64,000 bases of DNA from Candidatus Magasanikbacteria bacterium RIFCSPHIGHO2_01_FULL_33_34. Lineage in GTDB: Bacteria > Patescibacteriota > Patescibacteriia > Magasanikbacterales > UBA922. The stretch spans positions 122,102-186,101 of the forward strand of contig MFPS01000009.1 of NCBI GenBank assembly GCA_001782825.1, written 5' to 3'. Under the pieces are notes generated by a model that worked only from the letters and a program-made list of their open reading frames with translations, was not told the DNA's origin and searched no databases. Made by a program: the position numbers and the translations under genes. How positions within the stretch are numbered: the first letter of the stretch is position 1; each line of letters begins with the position of its first letter. Shown here piece after piece: positions 58,027-64,000 of the stretch.

Positions 58027-58843
58027 AATATTTTAATAAAGCCAATGCGCCAGCCAAACTAGAATAATCTTTAAAACTAGAGACCATCAATTTTGTTGGC
58101 GGTTTTATAATATGTAAGTTATTTTTTAAATTTTGTTTTATTTGCTTTATTTGATTCTTGCGATGCACTGCTATTGCACCGGCAAAAATAATAATATCTA
58201 CTGGATTATTCACCAACATTTGAGCTATACCCAATGCTATACGATTACCTACTTCATTCCACTGTTTATCTGTAATTTTTAAGATATTTTTTTTATATGT
58301 CTTTACTATGCCATCTCCACCACAACTCAATTCCAAACATCCTATTTGTCCGCAACCACATTTTCTTTTTGTAAAATTAAATACTTGATGACCCGGCTCG
58401 AGTGCAGTAATAATTGGTTTGTGATTATTTACCCTCACAATTGCTCCACCAATTCCAGTCCCCCATATTATATACAAAAACTCTTTTTTTCTACCTTTAC
58501 CAAATTCTGCTTCAGCCAATGCGCCGGCATAAGCATCATTTTGTATTACTACCCTACATTTAAAATGTTTATTTAAATCTAAGGCTGGCTTTTTACCATT
58601 CCATCCAGTTAAATTTGGTGATACTAATATTTTACCAGAAGAATCCAACTTACCCGCTACAGAAACTCCAATACTATCTACTTTTACTTTAAAATCCGTA
58701 ATAGTACTAATTATTTTTTCTAAATCCTGTTTATAATTATTCACCACAAAAAATTTCTTCAAAAATTTGAATTTAAATTGATTGTTGTTTTTAAAGGCAG
58801 CCACCCGTATATTGGTACCGCCGATATCTATGGCTATATACAT
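58013..58843 (-). CDS. ROK family sugar kinase (glucokinase-like)
   Basis: IDIGGT, NDA..GALAE..FG.G, GTGIGG, EPGH, CGCGQIGCLE. Confidence 0.9.
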   Translation of the reverse strand: MYIAIDIGGTNIRVAAFKNNNQFKFKFLKKFFVVNNYKQDLEKIISTITDFKVKVDSIGVSVAGKLDSSGKILVSPNLTGWNGKKPALDLNKHFKCRVVIQNDAYAGALAEAEFGKGRKKEFLYIIWGTGIGGAIVRVNNHKPIITALEPGHQVFNFTKRKCGCGQIGCLELSCGGDGIVKTYKKNILKITDKQWNEVGNRIALGIAQMLVNNPVDIIIFAGAIAVHRKNQIKQIKQNLKNNLHIIKPPTKLMVSSFKDYSSLAGALALLKYYDKN

Positions 58844-58936
58844 AAGGTTTTTTTATATTTTACACCAAATGAATATATCAGTAAATGACAAAGCCCTTTG
58901 ATATTATCTTAGGGCTTGTGCAATACACCACTTTTA

Positions 58937-59431
58937 TTAAAATACATAATAGATGACAGCAAACATAGCTTTTACATTTTGTTTGCCATAAATATCATAA
59001 TAAAGATAAGTACCATCTATAACTTGCATACTACGCAAATCGATTCTGTCACCAAATAATGCAGGTAAAATATTTTTATATTCTTGAGCAAATTCTCTAG
59101 CCTTTGTATATCCATTAATATTATCAGCCACAAAACAATTCATGTGCATTTTATATTTTTTATCTGAAACACCAAATACTCCATGAAACCTAACAACAAC
59201 AAAAATCTCTGAACGCTGTCTATCCCCCTCATAAAAAATAACTTGCTCCAAACTTATTCTGATATCCCTTGGTCTTGCCCCTCTATCTAACAAGGAATTT
59301 ATAAAGTCATTAACTTTTTTCAAAGTATTTCTATACTCAAAATAAAATCCATCAATACCAATACTCAAAGTCTCATTTTCAAACTTGAATATTTGTCCAC
59401 GAAATGGTCCAAAAAACATGGTACTACTCAC
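58937..59431 (-). CDS. Hypothetical protein
   Basis: 164 aa ORF with AAGGAG near the start (start could be ATG 59419); hairpin downstream. Confidence 0.6.
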   Translation of the reverse strand: MSSTMFFGPFRGQIFKFENETLSIGIDGFYFEYRNTLKKVNDFINSLLDRGARPRDIRISLEQVIFYEGDRQRSEIFVVVRFHGVFGVSDKKYKMHMNCFVADNINGYTKAREFAQEYKNILPALFGDRIDLRSMQVIDGTYLYYDIYGKQNVKAMFAVIYYVF

Positions 59432-59504
59432 TCCTTTTTGTGTATTACACTATAATATATAGAAACACAAAAATTACCATTTAGTCAACTCGTATACAAA
59501 AACC

Positions 59505-60584
59505 TCAAGGGCTTATATGAAAATAACAAACATCTCCATCTTGAACAATATAATCTTTCCCGACCAATAACATTTTTCCATTTTCTTTCACCCCATTCCA
59601 ACCATTAAACTCAACGAAGTTTTCATATTTGGTAACATCAGCTTTAATATACCCTTTTTCAAAATCAGTATGAATAACAGCAGCCGCTTTTGGGGCTATA
59701 GTTCCTTCTTTTACAGTCCAAGCACGAGTTTCCTGTTCACCAGAAGTAAAATAAGTAACTAATTTCAATAATTTATAACCAGCCAAAATAATTTTATCTA
59801 ATCCAGATTGATTCATACCCAAATCTTTCATAAATTCTTTTGCATCTTCGACCGACAATTCTGCCAATTCTGCTTCTAACTTTGCACAAACTTTGACACT
59901 AACTTCATTTTTAGAAAATTTTATTTTTTCTTCACTTGCGCTCAAATTATCATCATCATTAATCACATACATCATCGGTTTCATAGTGAGCAAATGTAAA
60001 TCCTGCAAAATCAAAAACTCATCATCAGTATACTCCAAAGTACGAGCCGGTTTCCCCTCAAGCAAATGTTTATCTAACTTTTCTAATAAAGCAATTTCAA
60101 TAGCAAACTCTTTGACTGCGATCCCTTTTGCTTTTTTACTAGTATTTTCCAATCTCTTTTTTACTGTTTGAGAATCAGCCAAAACTAATTCCAAATTTAT
60201 AATGTCAACATCATTATTTGGATCAATCTTATTGTGAACATGCGTTATATTATTATTTTCAAATGCACGCACAACCTGAACAATCGCATCAACTTCACGA
60301 ATATGTGACAAAAATTTATTACCAAGCCCTTCACCCTCTGAAGCACCGGCCACCAGACCAGCAATATCAACAAACTCAATTGCAGTTGGAATAATTTTTT
60401 TTGATTTGGAAATATCTGAAAGTTTTTGTAGACGATTATCTGGCACTTCTACTATTCCCACATTTGGTTCAATTGTACAAAAAGGATAATTTTGAGCATC
60501 TGCCTGCTTACTGCGAGTTAATGCATTAAACAATGTTGATTTGCCAACATTTGGTAGACCTACAATTCCCAGAGATAATGACAT
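59505..60584 (-). CDS. ychF: Redox-regulated ATPase YchF
   Basis: [56 protein letters not shown]. Confidence 0.97.
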   Translation of the reverse strand: MSLSLGIVGLPNVGKSTLFNALTRSKQADAQNYPFCTIEPNVGIVEVPDNRLQKLSDISKSKKIIPTAIEFVDIAGLVAGASEGEGLGNKFLSHIREVDAIVQVVRAFENNNITHVHNKIDPNNDVDIINLELVLADSQTVKKRLENTSKKAKGIAVKEFAIEIALLEKLDKHLLEGKPARTLEYTDDEFLILQDLHLLTMKPMMYVINDDDNLSASEEKIKFSKNEVSVKVCAKLEAELAELSVEDAKEFMKDLGMNQSGLDKIILAGYKLLKLVTYFTSGEQETRAWTVKEGTIAPKAAAVIHTDFEKGYIKADVTKYENFVEFNGWNGVKENGKMLLVGKDYIVQDGDVCYFHISP

Positions 60585-60626
60585 ATTTTTATTTTTTAAA
60601 ACCCCTGCTTTAGGGGTTAAAAAGTG

Positions 60627-60699
60627 TGGACCGAACAGGACTTGAACCCGCTACCTCCGCAGTGCAAATGCGGCGCTCTACCAGATGAGCTATCGGCCC
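60627..60699 (-). tRNA. tRNA-Ala (TGC)
   Basis: GGGCCGA acceptor with G3:U70, anticodon arm CCGCA-TTTGCAC-TGCGG, GGTTCAAGTCC. Confidence 0.95.
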
Positions 60700-60754
60700 T
60701 TATAATTTATGTGCAACAATTGTATCATCACTTTAAAGCATTGTCAACACCAAA

Positions 60755-62455
60755 TCAATGGCTACTATCCTTAAATCTCTGTCTCATTTCATTGATTTGG
60801 TCTTTTTTGAGTTCATTAAAAGTATGTTTGGTCCATGGTTTATTTTTCAAAATATTAGACATCCATGAACCACCCAACAAATGTGGCATCATAACATAAT
60901 TGGCGCCAGCTTTGTATACATCATCTATATGAACAGGGTGATACAAATTACCAATAATAACAGCTTTGCCACCATTTTGTCTCACCGTTCTTATCAATGT
61001 ATTTTGTGAATCAAACTCAGGTATAGTTGAAACAATCAATTTTGCCTTTTCAAGCGGAAGAATCTGTAAAAATTCAACATCAGCTGCATCACCAAAATAG
61101 GCTGGAATATTTCTACTTTTTAATCTACTAATAGCTTCAGGGTTAAAATCTACTACAGCATATTTAACATTCATTTCTTCTAGTGCTTCACACACTTTCC
61201 AACCAATTCTATGATAACCAAACACCCATACTTTATATGGCTCAGCATCCTTTATTTTATCTTTAAATTTGTCATTCCCAAATTTTTTCAAAAAAGGTAA
61301 TATTTTTTGATATAACTGATCATTGTATGTAATAAAATATGAAGAAATTACAATCGTAATAAGAGCTGTCATTGTAAGTATAGTTACTTCATTTCCATAC
61401 AAATAACCCAAATCTTTACCTTTGAAAACCAATATAAAACCAAATTCACTAACTTGCGCAGCGGTAATACCAGCAAAAAAAGCATTTCTACGAGTATACT
61501 TCATACTTCTCATCACTACATACAAGACCAAAGGATCAACAATTAATATAAAAATAGACAAAATAATTGCTGGCCAAAAAGAAGAATACACATCACCTAT
61601 CTGCATTTGACTTCCCAAGACAATAAAAAATAAAACTATAAAAAAATCTCGCAAAGGCCTTATACGACTAACAATTTGAGATTGATAAGGAGATGCGCCT
61701 AAAGAAATACCCGCTATAACCGCCCCAATTTCAATATTAAAACCTGCCCAATAAACCAAGCTAGCCACCCCAAAACACCATGCAATCGTAAAAATAAATA
61801 ATAATTCTCCAGAGTGAGCTACCTTTTCAATCAATATTGGCAAAATATATCGTGCTGCCAAAAAAACAATACCTATCAAAAGTATACCCTTGCTTATTGT
61901 CATCATAAATACTTCCCCCAATGTTCCCTCTCCACCAACAGTATTCAAGAAAATCATTATAATAACAGCTATAATATCTTGTACCAAAAGCAATCCAATC
62001 ACATACCTGCCATACATTGATTCACTATCTTTCTTCTCTGACAAAAATTTAGTGACAATAATCGTACTAGAAAATGTAATGGCAACCGCAACAAACATTG
62101 CTGAAACAGCCCCGTACCCCAATGCTTTCATTATCAAAAATCCTAAAGATGCTGCCAAAAGAAACTGAACTATACCACCGATAAAAACAACCTTGCCAAC
62201 TTTTTTGATATATTCAAAATTCAAACTCAAACCCACAATAAACAATAATAATACAATCCCAAAATGCGCAAAAGTTTCAAAAAATGCTTCACCACCATGA
62301 AGTAAGTTAAAAAATAATGGACCACCAACAATACCGGCTATAATATACGCAACTACAAGAGGCTGTTTGAACAAACGCAAAACAAGAGCAATCGTCACTG
62401 TAATTGCAAGCAATGTACTAATTTGAATAAAAATATTATCAACCACATTTAACAT
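60755..62455 (-). CDS. CPA2 cation:proton antiporter with TrkA-N/KTN domain (Kef-like)
   Basis: FSSTIIV.K.L, G.LLVQD, QVSEF, GYHRIG, GDA.D. Confidence 0.9.
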   Translation of the reverse strand: MLNVVDNIFIQISTLLAITVTIALVLRLFKQPLVVAYIIAGIVGGPLFFNLLHGGEAFFETFAHFGIVLLLFIVGLSLNFEYIKKVGKVVFIGGIVQFLLAASLGFLIMKALGYGAVSAMFVAVAITFSSTIIVTKFLSEKKDSESMYGRYVIGLLLVQDIIAVIIMIFLNTVGGEGTLGEVFMMTISKGILLIGIVFLAARYILPILIEKVAHSGELLFIFTIAWCFGVASLVYWAGFNIEIGAVIAGISLGASPYQSQIVSRIRPLRDFFIVLFFIVLGSQMQIGDVYSSFWPAIILSIFILIVDPLVLYVVMRSMKYTRRNAFFAGITAAQVSEFGFILVFKGKDLGYLYGNEVTILTMTALITIVISSYFITYNDQLYQKILPFLKKFGNDKFKDKIKDAEPYKVWVFGYHRIGWKVCEALEEMNVKYAVVDFNPEAISRLKSRNIPAYFGDAADVEFLQILPLEKAKLIVSTIPEFDSQNTLIRTVRQNGGKAVIIGNLYHPVHIDDVYKAGANYVMMPHLLGGSWMSNILKNKPWTKHTFNELKKDQINEMRQRFKDSSH

Positions 62456-62575
62456 TTAAACATATAAGCATATAAACATTAAAACATAAAAATTGACTTA
62501 CTATCATCAAAAAACTTTCAAACAAAATATTTCAATTTGTTTAAATGCTTATATGTTTATATGTTTGTATGCTTA
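62449..62575. repeat. Inverted arrays of an 8-bp unit (TAAACATA x5 / TATGTTTA x5)
   Basis: 62449-62488 and 62536-62575. Confidence 0.8.
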
Positions 62576-62592
62576 TTATTATACCAAATTTT

Positions 62593-64000
62593 TTAACGTT
62601 TTACGAATGATATAATAGATACTAAAAACCGTTTAAGAAATCTTTTGATAAAAAAAGCTCGTGATTTTAAACTTATACCAATCAACGTTAATACCAAACC
62701 AATAATTATGGCTGTCAAATATTTTTCAGTATTATTTTTTTTAATTTCTTGCGAATTTAATAAATTGTCAGTTGATGTGGCCACATCAATTAATTCTATA
62801 TCCATATCAAAGCGTGGCATTAATTGTACGCCAGATGTACTATTGCCTAATATTCCTTTTATGATCATATTGTCACCCACATCAAACAAGCTTTTGTCTA
62901 TATTTGCATTTTTTTTAAAATAAACTTTAATTTCTTCACTCCCATCATCAAGATAAATATATGTGCTTTTCTTTTCAGTTATTTCACCACTTATTTGCAA
63001 ATAACTTCCTATATAATTTTCTGTAATTTCATTTATTTCAATTTTTTGTTCAACAAGCTCAGCTTTATCTAATACAACAATATCTTTTTTTGCCTTTATT
63101 TTAACCCTAGTTTCTCCATAAGCCATAGAAATCTCCCCTACTATTTCAACTTCATCACCCACTTCAAATTCAGGAAAATCCTTGCTATACATATAAACCT
63201 GAACGCCAGCAATATTGTCTGTAATATAAAAATACTGCGTACCAAAAATATTTGGCATCACACTTACAATTCCTTTTGTTTTTATTTGAGTGCCAACCTC
63301 AAGAGTCCTTATTTCAGACAAGCTAACATTTACTATTAATTTATAACCACTAGTATTAGATACTATTTTTACCAATGGTTTTGAAAAAGTATTTTTTACA
63401 CCCGGAGTAATCTGTGTTGTCCATTGCCATTCATCATCTTCATCACGAGAAAAACTTGCGCCCTCAACCACACTCACATAATCAATCTCATCAACAACAG
63501 TATCGTCCAACCATAACAAACGTGCTGAATCAATTGTATTATTTAATGCAATCTTTGTATCCCATTTACCAAATACCATATATTCACCGGCTTTAATAAA
63601 AGTATTATCAGGAATTTTGTAAGGTCTTGAACCACCTTCTTCATCATCCAACCTTAATCCTGTCAAATCAAAATCTTCATTTGTTGGATTATACAGCTCA
63701 ATCATTTCTGTTGAATCTGACCCAGCTGGATTTGGTAAAATTTCTGTAATTATTATATTTACATCTTCAATATTTCTTTGACTATTTTTATTTCCTATAT
63801 TCTCCAAATTATTTTTTATGGTTGTTGTATTTGTAATTACAGAATTATAAATTTTTGTAGATGTACTTAATGTATATTCTTCTTCATCTGATTCTATATA
63901 TATTATATTTTCAATACCCTTGGTAATTTCCATTGTAATAACAAAATCAATAGAATCCATATCAGTATCTTGACCATCATAAACTCTCGCAACTGCAAAA
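62593..64000 (-). CDS. Membrane-anchored lamin-tail-domain / OB-fold protein (5' end outside the window)
   Basis: Frame stays open to the window edge; IITEILPNPAGSD.EMIELYN (LTD), TPG..N, two OB-fold-like segments, C-terminal TM. Confidence 0.75.
   Translation of the reverse strand, partial: FAVARVYDGQDTDMDSIDFVITMEITKGIENIIYIESDEEEYTLSTSTKIYNSVITNTTTIKNNLENIGNKNSQRNIEDVNIIITEILPNPAGSDSTEMIELYNPTNEDFDLTGLRLDDEEGGSRPYKIPDNTFIKAGEYMVFGKWDTKIALNNTIDSARLLWLDDTVVDEIDYVSVVEGASFSRDEDDEWQWTTQITPGVKNTFSKPLVKIVSNTSGYKLIVNVSLSEIRTLEVGTQIKTKGIVSVMPNIFGTQYFYITDNIAGVQVYMYSKDFPEFEVGDEVEIVGEISMAYGETRVKIKAKKDIVVLDKAELVEQKIEINEITENYIGSYLQISGEITEKKSTYIYLDDGSEEIKVYFKKNANIDKSLFDVGDNMIIKGILGNSTSGVQLMPRFDMDIELIDVATSTDNLLNSQEIKKNNTEKYLTAIIIGLVLTLIGISLKSRAFFIKRFLKRFLVSIISFVKR

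Noticed and set aside
1-64000. Alternative genetic code (UGA=Gly, as in Gracilibacteria/SR1)
   Set aside because: Conserved genes translate full-length in code 11, and ychF ends at a TGA at its expected C-terminus

Overview
Low-GC bacterial chromosomal segment read with standard code 11. The + strand looks C-rich and G-poor throughout, which suggests one replichore with the - strand leading. Gene content points to a Patescibacteria/CPR (Parcubacteria-like) genome, an inference from the TrbC/VirB2-type pilin array, type IV pilus genes without a secretin, DUF5667-like and lamin-tail proteins, and the rarity of Shine-Dalgarno sites. Housekeeping genes: ahcY, rpsA, gyrA, ruvA, pepA, ileS, rpiB, rpe, trxB, galU, rpsF-ssb-rpsR, ychF, and four tRNAs (Leu-TAA, Arg-TCT, His-GTG, Ala-TGC). 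Most notable: (1) an ~11 kb array of 15 pilin-like genes, several with variable Cys-rich domains on conserved pilin anchors, plus an orphan solute-binding lipoprotein; (2) a ~100-bp structured intergenic element in four same-orientation copies with compensatory changes, one copy chimeric and carrying a 20-bp palindrome; (3) inverted octamer arrays running from a promoter to a start codon at two loci; (4) a candidate ~115-nt sRNA with its own promoter, terminator and upstream DnaA box; (5) a tyrosine recombinase with degenerate catalytic residues beside two tRNAs that each have a broken duplicate. All calls come from reading the sequence by eye; no database search or folding program was run.
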